Shown: positions 18,144 through 28,510, counted from the first letter of the stretch. The stretch is DNA of 64,000 bases from an uncultured Bdellovibrionales bacterium (GCA_964605525.1 CAZSCV010000001.1:172645-236644); one strand, 5' to 3'. The notes: generated from the letters alone by a model not told the origin. Made by a program: numbers and translations.

Positions 18144-19046
18144 ATGAATAAATATAGAAAAATAAAAACAATCGCTTTTCTTCTTCTTGTTTGCTTTTTT
18201 GGTATTTTCGAAGGAAAGTCAGCCAGAGCTTCTTGGTGGGGTGAGAATTTTGGTGCCAATGGCGTGCAGATTATGATAGAGGAGTTGAAAAAACAAATCA
18301 AGGACATAGGTCTGGGAGCGGGAAAACAAGCAGCTGCTGAGATGGTTATTGATCAAGTCGATTCAATATTATCAGGATCTTCCGGTAGTGGATCGTTGAT
18401 AATTCAAGATTGGGACGAGTATCTTTTTGAAGCCTCCATGGATAATACTAATTTATACGTGAATGATCTTATTTCTGCAAGTATGGGAGGAAAAAATTCA
18501 AATCTCAATTATATTCCGGCAGGAGGAGATTTTAATTATTCCCGCTATTTGGCAGAATATGCTAAAAAACAGTTGGGTGGTGGCGGATCGATAAAAAAGA
18601 ATTCTTTTATTGAAGAGATTATCGGAGACCCGACTGTTTCTATGACCGGTACTGCCGGCTGGAGGCGGTTTAGCGCTCTCCGGGAGAGTAATCTTATGGG
18701 AAACACCTTGAAAATTCAGTCTGCGATGATGGAAAAGCAAAGACAAGAAGAAAAAAAAGCGGAAATAAAAGCGATTATTGGAGGAGGATACAAAGGTGTT
18801 GAAAGCGGAGGGCAGACAATTACTCCAGGATCAACAGTGAAATCTCTCAAAGATCAGAGTCAAGCTATGAGTTTTAATATTATTTCTTCCGCAAACAGTA
18901 TTCCTGAAGTAATTACTTCGGTTATGTCGAGGGTTGTTTTGCAGACGTTTCAAAAAGGTGTCGGTTCAGTGCGAAGTAATATAAATAAAGAAGAAAATAG
19001 CACTCCTCAAACTCCAAAACCGTGGATTAATCCAAATAGCTATTAG
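18144..19046 (+). CDS. Secreted or membrane hypothetical protein
   Basis: 300-aa ORF with a signal peptide (ARA cleavage-like), 11 bp after the previous gene. Confidence 0.7.
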   Translation: MNKYRKIKTIAFLLLVCFFGIFEGKSARASWWGENFGANGVQIMIEELKKQIKDIGLGAGKQAAAEMVIDQVDSILSGSSGSGSLIIQDWDEYLFEASMDNTNLYVNDLISASMGGKNSNLNYIPAGGDFNYSRYLAEYAKKQLGGGGSIKKNSFIEEIIGDPTVSMTGTAGWRRFSALRESNLMGNTLKIQSAMMEKQRQEEKKAEIKAIIGGGYKGVESGGQTITPGSTVKSLKDQSQAMSFNIISSANSIPEVITSVMSRVVLQTFQKGVGSVRSNINKEENSTPQTPKPWINPNSY

Positions 19047-19134
19047 GAAAATTCAATTTTTTCAATATTAAAAAACAAGCTTTTTTAAGTTTGTTTTTTT
19101 AAATGGATAAATATTTTAAGTGTGTAAGTCTTAA

Positions 19135-20337
19135 TTATTTTATTTTTATAATTTCCATTTTTTGCAAAGCAGATATTACATATTTTGATATGGAGAGATT
19201 TTTTTCAATATCTTTTATTTGAAATAGGTTGGCGCGCGTTTCCGGGTGCTTGGGAACAAATCGAGTACAACAATCTTCGTGAGGTAAAATGGATGTTTTA
19301 AATGTTCCGATTTCTTGAGCCTTGGCGATGATTTCTTCTTTGTCAAATCCGATTAGGGGTCGTAAAATTGGAATTTGCACCGATTCATTGATAGCATTGA
19401 TATTTTCCAATGTTTGTGAAGCAACTTGAGCGACTGATTCTCCTGTATAGAGCGCCAAATACCTCTCTTTTTTTGCTAAAGATTCGGCTATTTGAAACAT
19501 CAGGCGGCGATAAAAAATCACTCGCAATTTTTCCGGAACATTAATTACTATCTCTTTTTGAATTTCTCCGAATGGAATGAGGAATATTTTCGAATTAAGC
19601 TGGAATTTTGCGGTGATTTTTGCCAGCTTTTTGACTTTTTCCACTGATGCCGGAGAAACAAACGGCATAGAATGAAAATGGATAAAATCGATTTTTACTC
19701 CTCTTTTCATTCCAAAATGGGCGGCAACCGGAGAATCAATTCCTCCGGAAAGAAGTGCTAAAGCTTTTCCGGAGGCTGAAACAGGAATTCCTCCGCTTCC
19801 TTTTATTTTTTTAAAATATACAAAAGATGTTTTTTCGGTTATTTCAATAAAACAATTAAGATCCTGATTTTTCAGACTCACTTTTATTTTTGGGAATTTT
19901 TTTTCGAGTTTCAGGAATATATAGCTTCCGATTTGCTGGTTGATTTGGTTTGAGGTAAAGGGGAAGTTTTTATCTGATCGGCGAGTGCTTATTCTGAATG
20001 TTTTCAATTTTTTTTCGAGTTTTTCTTTTTTGACGATTTCCCAGATATTTTTTTGGATTTCTTCCAGATCTCGAGAAAAATTCCAAGCAAAAGAAAAATT
20101 GGCAATTCCAAAAACCAGTTTTAGAATTCCGGTTATTTTATTTTCCGTTTCAGTGTCAATGCTTGTTGGAGTGGAAACCAAAATGCGTCCAAAGAGATTT
20201 TTGGTTTCAAATTCCATCTGCGGAAAGTCCCGTTGCAGAAAATCTCGGATATTTTGGACTAAGATAGTTTCAAAATATTTGCGATTTCCTCCTTTGAGGG
20301 CGATTTCATTATAGTGGATTATGATGTGTCGCTTCAT
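19135..20337 (-). CDS. thiI: tRNA 4-thiouridine synthase
   Basis: HYNEIALKGGNR, THUMP region, PP-loop LLSGGIDSPVA, TGESVAQVASQT, RPLIGFDKEEI, EDCC. Confidence 0.95.
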   Translation of the reverse strand: MKRHIIIHYNEIALKGGNRKYFETILVQNIRDFLQRDFPQMEFETKNLFGRILVSTPTSIDTETENKITGILKLVFGIANFSFAWNFSRDLEEIQKNIWEIVKKEKLEKKLKTFRISTRRSDKNFPFTSNQINQQIGSYIFLKLEKKFPKIKVSLKNQDLNCFIEITEKTSFVYFKKIKGSGGIPVSASGKALALLSGGIDSPVAAHFGMKRGVKIDFIHFHSMPFVSPASVEKVKKLAKITAKFQLNSKIFLIPFGEIQKEIVINVPEKLRVIFYRRLMFQIAESLAKKERYLALYTGESVAQVASQTLENINAINESVQIPILRPLIGFDKEEIIAKAQEIGTFKTSILPHEDCCTRFVPKHPETRANLFQIKDIEKNLSISKYVISALQKMEIIKIK

Positions 20338-20454
20338 ATCTCGTTAAGATTACGCAAAAAGGGCGATTATGTCAATAAACAGCCTGTATTGTAGCCATCT
20401 TTTATTTAAGGTATAATAAAAAGTGAAATTGATAATAAATATTTATAAAATTAT

Positions 20455-21405
20455 ATGCCTAACCAGGAATTGGAAAAATTGGATATTTCAGTAGTGGTGC
20501 CTTTGTATAATGAAGAGGGCAATGTTGAGAAATTGCATGAAAAGATATTGGCGGCATGCAAAAAATTGGGACGCAGCTTTGAAATTATTTTTGTGGATGA
20601 CGGATCAAATGATGCAACTGTGGAAAAATGCAAAAATTTATCCCCATTGGTCTTGATCGAGCAACGGAAAAATTTTGGACAGACTGCGGCTTTCGATGCT
20701 GGTTTCAAAGCGGCGCAGGGAGAATTGATCGTGACAATGGATGGTGATTTGCAAAATGATCCGGATGATATTTCAAAACTGCTAGATAAGATGAAGGAAG
20801 GGTATGATGTGGTTTCCGGATGGCGCTGGCAAAGAAAAGATTCCCTGAGCAAGCATTTGTCTTCCAGGGCGGCAAATATTCTTCGAAAAATTCTTATTCA
20901 TGATAATATTCATGATAGCGGATGCTCGTTGAAGGTATACCGGGCTGAAGCGCTCAAGACAATTGATTTGTTTGGGGAAATGCATCGTTTTATTCCAGCG
21001 ATATTGGAGTTGGATGGTTGGAAGGTGGGAGAAGTGAAAGTGAATCACCATCCGCGAGTAGCGGGAGTGACAAAATATAACTGGAAACGAGGAGTAAAGG
21101 GAATTGTTGATATGATTTCGGTTTGGTTTTGGAGGAAATATTCCAGTCGTCCGTTGCATCTTTTCGGGGGAAGCGGAGCATTCCTTTCGTTTTCCGGTGT
21201 TGTAATTTTAATTTGGATGCTGGTTGAAAAAATATTTTTTGGAGCTGAGCTTTCCGACAAAATATGGCCACTTGTAGGATTGTTTATGATTTTGGTCGGC
21301 GTCCAGCTTTTTGTTTCGGGACTTCTTGCAGATATTATGGTGAAAAATTATTACAAAAATCACGGAAGAATGAATTATGTGATAAAGTCTATTAAACGAC
21401 AGTAG
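20455..21405 (+). CDS. GT2 polyprenol-phosphate glycosyltransferase
   Basis: VVVPLYNEE, VDDGSND, RKNFGQTAA, MDGDLQNDP; two C-terminal TMs. Confidence 0.9.
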   Translation: MPNQELEKLDISVVVPLYNEEGNVEKLHEKILAACKKLGRSFEIIFVDDGSNDATVEKCKNLSPLVLIEQRKNFGQTAAFDAGFKAAQGELIVTMDGDLQNDPDDISKLLDKMKEGYDVVSGWRWQRKDSLSKHLSSRAANILRKILIHDNIHDSGCSLKVYRAEALKTIDLFGEMHRFIPAILELDGWKVGEVKVNHHPRVAGVTKYNWKRGVKGIVDMISVWFWRKYSSRPLHLFGGSGAFLSFSGVVILIWMLVEKIFFGAELSDKIWPLVGLFMILVGVQLFVSGLLADIMVKNYYKNHGRMNYVIKSIKRQ

Positions 21406-21435
21406 TTTCTTGTATCGGTTGATGTTTTTCGAAAA

Positions 21436-22602
21436 ATGAAGAAATATGAAAAAATGAAAATACTCTTTTTTAATTATGAATATCCTCCTTTGGGAGGAGG
21501 GGCGGCGAATGCCACTTTTTTCATTTTGCGCGAATATACGAAAAATGACAGCTTGGAAGTGGATTTGATTACTTCTTCTATTGACGGAGATTATCATTTG
21601 GAAAATGCCGGAAAGAATGTGCGCATCCATCGCTTGCCGATTGGAAAAAATAAGCACAATTTGCATTTCCAGTCGCAAAAAGAGCTTATTGTGTATGCCT
21701 GGAAAGCGTTTTTCTTTGCCAATAAATTAGTTAAAAAAAATAGGTATGACGTGACACATTCTTTTTTTACGGTTCCTTGTGGGGCGATTTCTTGGGCGCT
21801 TTGGTTGCGGTATAAAATACCGTATATTATTTCTTTGCGGGGAAGCGATGTTCCTGGGTACAGTGATCGATTCGGATTTATTTACAAGACAATATCCTTT
21901 TTTATTAAACATATTTGGAATAAATCTGTGGCGGTTGTTGCAAATAGCAAGGGACTTAAAAATTTGGCGCATAAAACGGATAGCAAACAAGAGATTGGCG
22001 TGATTTATAATGGAATAGATATCGATGAATTTAAGGCGGATACTCTGATAAAGGAAGAGGGGAAAATTTATTTGACAGTAGGAGCGACAAGGGTGACTAC
22101 CCGCAAGGGAATTGATTATTTGATTGAGGCGGTAGATTTGTTGAAAGAAAAATTTCCCAATATTTTTTTGGAAATTATGGGAGAAGGTGATGCGAAAAAT
22201 GATTTGGAAAATAAAACAAAAAATCTTGGATTGGAAAAAAAAGTGAAGTTTCTTGGGAGAGTTCCGCGGGAGAAAACTTTTTCTTATTATCAAAAAGCGG
22301 ATATTTTTGTTTTGCCGTCACTCAATGAAGGGATGAGTAATGCGATGCTGGAGGCGCTTTCCAGTGGTTTGCCAATTGTTGCGACCAATACCGGCGGAGC
22401 GGATGAATTAGTCAGAGATGGTGTCAATGGTTCTATCGTGAAGATGAAAGATGCTCGAGATTTGGCGGAAAAACTGGAAAAAATAATTTCCAATAAAGAA
22501 TTGAGAGAACAGATGGGGCGCGAGAGTCGAAAAATTGCCGAGAAGATGAGTTGGGAAAAAGTGGCAAAGCAGTATGTGAATTTGTACAGAAATGTTGGTT
22601 GA
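21436..22602 (+). CDS. GT4 glycosyltransferase
   Basis: YEYPPLGGGA, FVLPSLNEGMSNAMLEA. Confidence 0.9.
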   Translation: MKKYEKMKILFFNYEYPPLGGGAANATFFILREYTKNDSLEVDLITSSIDGDYHLENAGKNVRIHRLPIGKNKHNLHFQSQKELIVYAWKAFFFANKLVKKNRYDVTHSFFTVPCGAISWALWLRYKIPYIISLRGSDVPGYSDRFGFIYKTISFFIKHIWNKSVAVVANSKGLKNLAHKTDSKQEIGVIYNGIDIDEFKADTLIKEEGKIYLTVGATRVTTRKGIDYLIEAVDLLKEKFPNIFLEIMGEGDAKNDLENKTKNLGLEKKVKFLGRVPREKTFSYYQKADIFVLPSLNEGMSNAMLEALSSGLPIVATNTGGADELVRDGVNGSIVKMKDARDLAEKLEKIISNKELREQMGRESRKIAEKMSWEKVAKQYVNLYRNVG

Positions 22603-22613
22603 TTATTTTTCGT

Positions 22614-22770
22614 TTTCCAAAAATATAATTTTTTATAAAAATTTCCGGGGCCAGGTCACGAACTTTATAGTTCTAATGGAAAGATGATTCCGATAATATC
22701 ACTGGATAAAATGTATCAATTTTCCATGGTTCCCACCAAAAATTTTTATAAAAAATTATATTTTTGGAAA
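22614..22770. repeat. Perfect 31-bp inverted repeats enclosing 95 bp (MITE-like element or structured RNA)
   Basis: tttccaaaaatataattttttataaaaattt at 22614-22644 and its exact reverse complement at 22740-22770. Confidence 0.8.
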
Positions 22771-22802
22771 TTAATCTAAGAATACTCATTTTTTATTAAA
22801 TT

Positions 22803-23744
22803 ATGTCAAAAAGATCAAAGAATATAGTTAAAATTATAGTAAGCTTGATTTTGGTCGGCTGGTTGATTTTTTCTGTTAATTGGAAAGAAGTTTTGGGATA
22901 TTTGATTGGGGTTAATTTTTATTTTCTTTTGCTGTTTGTGATATTGTACGTAGTGGGAATACTTATTTCTTCTTATAAATGGAAAATACTGGCTAATTTT
23001 AAGGGATTTTCACAGCCATTTTATTTTTTTGTTAAGACATATGTTCTCGGAATATTTCTGAATAATTTTTTTCCTTCTTTTGTGGGAGGGGATACATATC
23101 GCGTCGTGGCGTTGGGACGCGCGGAAAAAAAAATCCATTCCAGTGCTTCATCGGTGGTTTTTGATAGAGTGAGCGGACTTTTAACTGCGATGATTTTGGG
23201 TGTGGTTTTTGGATTGTTTAATTTGGGGGTGATGGAGAAATTTGCAATTTGGAATTATTTTATTTATGGAGTAGGAGTAGTGCTTCTTATTGTCGCTGGC
23301 TTGGCATATTTTTATCCATCCAAATTTGTTCAAAGGATTTCTGGTTTTTTACCGAAAGTTATTTCCAAACATTTTGAAGAATTGTCTGAGTATCGAAATT
23401 TTAAAATAATTTTTTTCTCAATGATTTGGGCAACTGGTTTCTCTTTTGTCGGATTGGCATTTTGTAATTATGTATTGTTTGCGGCTGTCGGAATTAATAT
23501 CGGAGTACTTAACTATTTAAGTGTAATTTTTTTCATTAGCATTATTTCTTCCGTTCCAATAAGTGTTGGAAATATTGGAGTGAAAGAATGGGCGTATATC
23601 GCATTTTTTGGTATTTTCGGAGTGCCATCAAGCGCCGCGATTTCTGTGGTGATTTTGAGCAGGGTTATCCAACTTTTGGTAAGCTTGGTTGCATTGCCGC
23701 TTTATTTGCAGGACACAAAAATGGAAGAAAAAATAGGGAATTAG
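22803..23744 (+). CDS. Lysylphosphatidylglycerol-synthase-TM / flippase-like membrane protein
   Basis: FLNNFFPSFVGGDTYR, VVFDR, SVPISVGNIGVKE; follows GT2/GT4 genes. Confidence 0.85.
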   Translation: MSKRSKNIVKIIVSLILVGWLIFSVNWKEVLGYLIGVNFYFLLLFVILYVVGILISSYKWKILANFKGFSQPFYFFVKTYVLGIFLNNFFPSFVGGDTYRVVALGRAEKKIHSSASSVVFDRVSGLLTAMILGVVFGLFNLGVMEKFAIWNYFIYGVGVVLLIVAGLAYFYPSKFVQRISGFLPKVISKHFEELSEYRNFKIIFFSMIWATGFSFVGLAFCNYVLFAAVGINIGVLNYLSVIFFISIISSVPISVGNIGVKEWAYIAFFGIFGVPSSAAISVVILSRVIQLLVSLVALPLYLQDTKMEEKIGN

Positions 23745-23841
23745 AATTTATTTTGTGCAAGTGGGTAGTAATAAATGTAAATTTTAACTTTTAACTTTTA
23801 ACTTTGGTTTCTTGAGCAAGAATACCAAGTTATGCAAAACT

Positions 23842-24231
23842 ATGGCAAACGTATCATTGAAAAATCAGATCTATAAATGCAATGTCTGCGGAAATATCGT
23901 GGAGGTGGTTAATGTTGGAGGCGGAGAATTGGTTTGTTGCAACCAGCCAATGGAACTTTTGGAGGCAAAAACACAAGATCAAGGAATGGAAAAACACGTT
24001 CCCGTAATTGAAGTGAATGGGGAGGGAGTTGTGGTGAAAGTAGGAGAAGTGGCGCATCCAATGGAAGAAACTCATTATATTCAGTGGATTGAAGTGATAA
24101 CCAAAGATGGAAAAAGTTGTCGAAAATATCTTAGGTCTGGCAATGCTCCTGAGGCTGAATTTGCGATTAATAAGGAAGAAATTGAAGAAGTTAGGGAGTA
24201 TTGCAATATTCACGGATTGTGGAAAAAATAA
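23842..24231 (+). CDS. dfx: Desulfoferrodoxin (superoxide reductase)
   Basis: [12 protein letters not shown]...[32 protein letters not shown]. Confidence 0.95.
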   Translation: MANVSLKNQIYKCNVCGNIVEVVNVGGGELVCCNQPMELLEAKTQDQGMEKHVPVIEVNGEGVVVKVGEVAHPMEETHYIQWIEVITKDGKSCRKYLRSGNAPEAEFAINKEEIEEVREYCNIHGLWKK

Positions 24232-24294
24232 GGAGTGTTTTTTAGAAAATCGCGCGAGTTTTAGATATTATCTGCTCTGTCGATTAAATTGAAT

Positions 24295-24831
24295 CTAGGA
24301 AAATATTTTCTGTTCAATTTCAGGAATGAGAGCTGTGATTTTTTCTGTTTCTTGGTCGGAAAGTTTTCCAAGGACGAAATCGTGAGCACCTAATCGGCAG
24401 TTGGGAGTGTTGGTTGTTTCTGCTCCTAATCCGATCCTAAATCTTCTGAGTTCTTGAGTGCCGATTTTTTCAATAATATTTTGTACTCCGTTGTGTCCGG
24501 CCGAAGAAGAGTTGGTTGCTATTTTGAACGTTCCTAGGAGAATGTCCAAGTCGTCATGAATGATGATTATTTCCTGGGGAGTTAATTTGTAAAAATTCAT
24601 CAATTTTTGCACTGATTCTCCGGATAGATTCATAAATGTTTGCGGTTTGGCGAGAATTATCCTTTTTCCATTTTGAGTTTCGGTTGAAATTTCTGCGTTG
24701 AATTTTTTTTCTATTTTAAACTGCGGAAAATTCCATTTTTCTTGTAATTTATCCAGCAGGATAAACCCTGCATTGTGCCGGGTTTTTTCGTATTCTTTTC
24801 CAGGATTCCCTAGTCCGATGATTAGCAACAT
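24295..24831 (-). CDS. pth: Peptidyl-tRNA hydrolase
   Basis: GLGNPGKEYEKTRHNAGF, KPQTFMNLSG, HDDLD, GHNG. Confidence 0.95.
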   Translation of the reverse strand: MLLIIGLGNPGKEYEKTRHNAGFILLDKLQEKWNFPQFKIEKKFNAEISTETQNGKRIILAKPQTFMNLSGESVQKLMNFYKLTPQEIIIIHDDLDILLGTFKIATNSSSAGHNGVQNIIEKIGTQELRRFRIGLGAETTNTPNCRLGAHDFVLGKLSDQETEKITALIPEIEQKIFS

Positions 24832-24853
24832 ATATTTTTAATATTAGGTTTTG

Positions 24854-26467
24854 TTATTTTTGTTCAAATAGATCCAGATACATTTGATCAATATTAGAAT
24901 CCTGAATGTCTTCGACAGAGTCTTCTTCGAATGAATAGAGTGGGATTAGATCATCGCCCAGTGTTATTATGAAATCATAATCCTCCAATTCAATGTTATT
25001 TAGTATAGCATTTTTACTGTCAGATATGGTAGCTGGAAGTTTTTTGGCGATTTCATTAAGAGTGAATGGTTTCGATCTTCCTGTTGCATCAAAAACTGAA
25101 GTGGTAGAGATTTTTTCTTTGGTTGGATTTTTAATAATTGAAACAGTTCCTAGTTTGATTTTGTCTTGCAATAATCCGACTATTTTTTGAGCGAGTGCGG
25201 TTTCATTGCTAGCGTTTATAATGGCAATTTTTGCCTCTTCTTTTATTATCGCCTCGTTCTTTTTGGCGGCAAAATCGAGATTGAAAATATTAGAGGATAA
25301 TTCTTGAATTTCGCTATAATTTCCAGCTCTTGGAACCAGGATGAAGGCTCGGGTATCTCCATAAAAAACGTGAGAAACTTTGAGTAAACTGTCTTTTTTC
25401 CAAGCATCCACCACCGTGGTGGAAATATTCTGAGTATCCACTTGTCGACTAAGTTCGATGAAACTTTTTATTTCATCTAATTGTATATTTGTTTTTACGT
25501 GGCCTCCTAATGTATCTAGTAGGTTATTAATGGTGATGAAATTGAAGAATGTTTTTAGGGAGAATGCTTTGTTTTTGACAGCCTGGATGACTTGCTGTTG
25601 TCGTTTGGCTCGTCCGAAATCTCCCTCTGGGTCATTGTGGCGTTCGCGCGCGTATTTGAGGGCGGTGGCACCGTCAATTTTTTGCAGACCTTTTTTTATT
25701 TCAAATGTTTCATAGCTATAATTCGGTCCAGGATATCTAGTATCATAAATATCCCTTTCAACATTAACGTTAATTCCCCCAAGATTGTCAATTATTTTTT
25801 CAAAACCTTCAAAATCGACAACCAGGAAATAGAGGATGTTGAGTCCGGTAATGTTTTCAACAGTTTCTTTTATAGGCGTTATTCCTTGGTCATTGTCTAA
25901 TCCATATTGGTAAACAGAGTTTATTTTCGTGTATTTTGTTGTTTTTGGAATGTTTGCGTAGAGGTCGCGCGGAAGTGAAAGAAGCCCGATTTTTTTGGTA
26001 GTCGTGTTGATGCTCATGATTATAATAGTGTCAGTAAGATTTTTCCCCGGCTTGTTTTCCCCTGCAATTCCAAGCATCAGAATATTTATTCTTCCATCAT
26101 TTTCTCCTTCTAAGGTGATTTTTTCTTGACTGGAAAGTAAGGAAGAAAGCGGAAGAAGAGGGCTTTCGTTTGATGATTTTCCACTGTCATTTGACGACAG
26201 GGTTATTTTTTGTCCTATTGAATTTATTTTCCAGGAAAAATAAACAGGAATAGAAATTAGCAGGGCAAGAAAAAAAAGAGTGAAGAATATTTTTTTTAGG
26301 ACTGATCCTTTCTTCCGTTTTTCTTTTTTGATTGGTTCTGATTTCTGAGGCACAAAGTGGTTGTCATCATCTGAGGGATATTGAAAGCGGACACTTTTTT
26401 TGGGAGTAAAAGCGTTAAAGTTTTTTGGTTTTTCTTGAGGCAACTTTTTTTTTCTGACGATATCCAT
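24854..26467 (-). CDS. LCP (LytR-CpsA-Psr) family protein with LytR_C-like domain
   Basis: TM; INILMLG, TDTIII, SLPRDLY, KINS, ALKYARER, DFGRAKRQQ. Confidence 0.92.
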   Translation of the reverse strand: MDIVRKKKLPQEKPKNFNAFTPKKSVRFQYPSDDDNHFVPQKSEPIKKEKRKKGSVLKKIFFTLFFLALLISIPVYFSWKINSIGQKITLSSNDSGKSSNESPLLPLSSLLSSQEKITLEGENDGRINILMLGIAGENKPGKNLTDTIIIMSINTTTKKIGLLSLPRDLYANIPKTTKYTKINSVYQYGLDNDQGITPIKETVENITGLNILYFLVVDFEGFEKIIDNLGGINVNVERDIYDTRYPGPNYSYETFEIKKGLQKIDGATALKYARERHNDPEGDFGRAKRQQQVIQAVKNKAFSLKTFFNFITINNLLDTLGGHVKTNIQLDEIKSFIELSRQVDTQNISTTVVDAWKKDSLLKVSHVFYGDTRAFILVPRAGNYSEIQELSSNIFNLDFAAKKNEAIIKEEAKIAIINASNETALAQKIVGLLQDKIKLGTVSIIKNPTKEKISTTSVFDATGRSKPFTLNEIAKKLPATISDSKNAILNNIELEDYDFIITLGDDLIPLYSFEEDSVEDIQDSNIDQMYLDLFEQK

Positions 26468-26746
26468 AAGATGTAGGTATAATAATGTTATGGTAGCTCA
26501 ATTTGCAGCCTGGTGTCAAAGTTCCTAAAGAACATACTTTTATCAGAATATGGTAAAGAGTATATTAACAAAACGCACTCTATCTAATAGAGGATAAATT
26601 GTTTATAGAAGTGGAAAGATAGTTGAAAATGCTAGAAAAAGAATGAAATAAAACTTTCTAAGGCCTGTAAAATATTATATAATAATCCCATAGGTAAACA
26701 AATTAAAAAACGGAAAATAAATATGCCTATAACAAATTTAAAATAA

Positions 26747-27141
26747 ATGGATAAAAAAAATACAACAACAAAAATCGCCATTTTCCAAAAAAAAGAAATT
26801 CGTAAAACTATTTACAAAAATGAATGGTGGTTTTCGGTTGTTGATGTAATTTTAGCTTTAACTGACAGTGTAAATCCAAATGATTACTGGTATCGAATGA
26901 AAGTTAGAGTAAAAGATGAAAGTGAAATTGAGTTATCGACAATTTGTCGACGACCGAAATTCATCGGACGGAAAATTCAGAAGGAGTGTTAAAATTAAAA
27001 CAAGATGCCAATAGGGGCGGAAAGATAGCTGGCAATGCCAGAAAAGAACTTGAGAGGGAGTTGGGCAGACCAGTCGTTTCCAAAAAGAATTTCAAAAAAT
27101 CAAACGAAAGGAAAAAAATAAAAAGATTGACTTTTGGTTGA
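26747..27141 (+). pseudogene. BRO-N / antirepressor-like gene with internal deletion and frameshift
   Basis: N-part EIRK...EWWFSVVDVI..LTDS..PNDYW joined out of frame to C-part STTEIH...GGKIAGNARKELE. Confidence 0.75.
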
Positions 27142-27155
27142 AAAAGGTGTATAAT
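27127..27155 (+). promoter_or_regulatory. Sigma70-type promoter
   Basis: TTGACT-17 nt-TATAAT. Confidence 0.7.
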
Positions 27156-27243
27156 AGAAGGGTGAGGTGAGGAAATCTTGTAGATTAGGCTATATTAATA
27201 AGGTTGTTGTAATAATTAACTTGTTCTCTGGGGGAGAAAAAAA

Positions 27244-27399
27244 ATGGAAACAAAAAAAGTAGAAAAACGCGAAAAATGTGCTCATTGCGAGAAAAGAAAA
27301 AAAGAAGAGGATGGACAGAATGAAGTCAATTTTGCTGTTTTGTTGGCACTGGTTCCTTTAATGGTGCTAACTCTTTTCGGTCAGCTTAATTTGCTTTAA
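27244..27399 (+). CDS. 51-aa small membrane protein with CxxC (not in ORF track)
   Basis: METKKVEKREKCAHCEKRKKEEDGQNEVNFAVLLALVPLMVLTLFGQLNLL; GGGGAG SD, own promoter and terminator. Confidence 0.7.
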   Translation: METKKVEKREKCAHCEKRKKEEDGQNEVNFAVLLALVPLMVLTLFGQLNLL

Positions 27400-27433
27400 T
27401 GATTCGTCCGGATATTTTTGATATTTAATGCTG

Positions 27434-27461
27434 AATGCTCCGACTCTGTCGGAGCATTTTT
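27434..27461 (+). terminator. Intrinsic terminator
   Basis: aatgctccgac-tct-gtcggagcatt followed by T residues. Confidence 0.75.
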
Positions 27462-27552
27462 AGAATAAATATGTTATTATGATTATGCTTAGATTGTAGT
27501 ATCGCTTGCAAGTTAAAAATGGTTTAATCGAAAATAAAAAACAAAAACAAAT

Positions 27553-28470
27553 ATGAATTGGATCTTGCTTTCCATTGTTGCGTATTTTTTTCTGGCAGTT
27601 TCCTATATTATTGATAAAATTCTTTTAAAAAAGAGAATCCCGCAGCCGGCGGTATATTCTTTTTATGTTGCCATACTCAGTCTTGTTTCTTTGGTTTTGG
27701 CTCCTTGGGGAATGTTTTGGCCAGGAATTGGAATATTGGCAGTTTCTTTTTTTAGCGGAATTGTGTTTATTTACGCTTTACTTTTTTATTATCGAGCGGT
27801 AAAAGAAAATGAAATTTCCCGCGTGGCTCCTTTGATTGGATCTATCATTCCGATTGTTACTTTGCTGGTCGGTTTTTTGTTCAGGCAGCAACCATCCGGT
27901 CGTATTTTAATCGGGATAATTTTTTTGGTTGCGGGCGGATTTTTGGTTTCTTTTGATTTGCCGATTCGATCGGTAAAAATTTTTAAGGGTTTTTCATATT
28001 CGCTTTTGAGCGGAATATTTTTTGCAATCGCTTATCTTTTGTTTGACTATGTGTATAAATCCGGCGGTTTTTTAAATGGGTTTATTTGGACCAGAATAGG
28101 TCTTTTTATCGGGGGTTTGAGTCTGATGACTTTTCCTTTTTTTCGAAAAGATATTATTTCTTCATTCAAGGGCGGGGAAAAAAAGAAAAATGTCCGAAAG
28201 AAAAAAATTGGAACAATTGCCATATTTATTCTTAATAAAATTTTCGGAGGGAGTTCTTCGGTACTGATCAACCTGGCTATTTCGCTTAGTAGCGCTTCTT
28301 TGGTCAATGCTCTTGGAAGCATTCAGTTTGTTTTTGTTTTGGCATTGGCGGCGCTGGCCTCGTTGAAGTACAACCATATTTTTGAGGAAAAGTTATATTT
28401 TTGGGATTGGGCGCAAAAAATCGGAGCGATTGCGATTATTGCGGTTGGATTGGTTTTTGTTTCAATTTAA
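27553..28470 (+). CDS. EamA/DMT family transporter
   Basis: About 10 TMs in two halves; EISRVAPL motif. Confidence 0.8.
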   Translation: MNWILLSIVAYFFLAVSYIIDKILLKKRIPQPAVYSFYVAILSLVSLVLAPWGMFWPGIGILAVSFFSGIVFIYALLFYYRAVKENEISRVAPLIGSIIPIVTLLVGFLFRQQPSGRILIGIIFLVAGGFLVSFDLPIRSVKIFKGFSYSLLSGIFFAIAYLLFDYVYKSGGFLNGFIWTRIGLFIGGLSLMTFPFFRKDIISSFKGGEKKKNVRKKKIGTIAIFILNKIFGGSSSVLINLAISLSSASLVNALGSIQFVFVLALAALASLKYNHIFEEKLYFWDWAQKIGAIAIIAVGLVFVSI

Positions 28471-28510
28471 ATTTAAATTTACGGATAATAAAGCATATAA
28501 ATTATAAACT

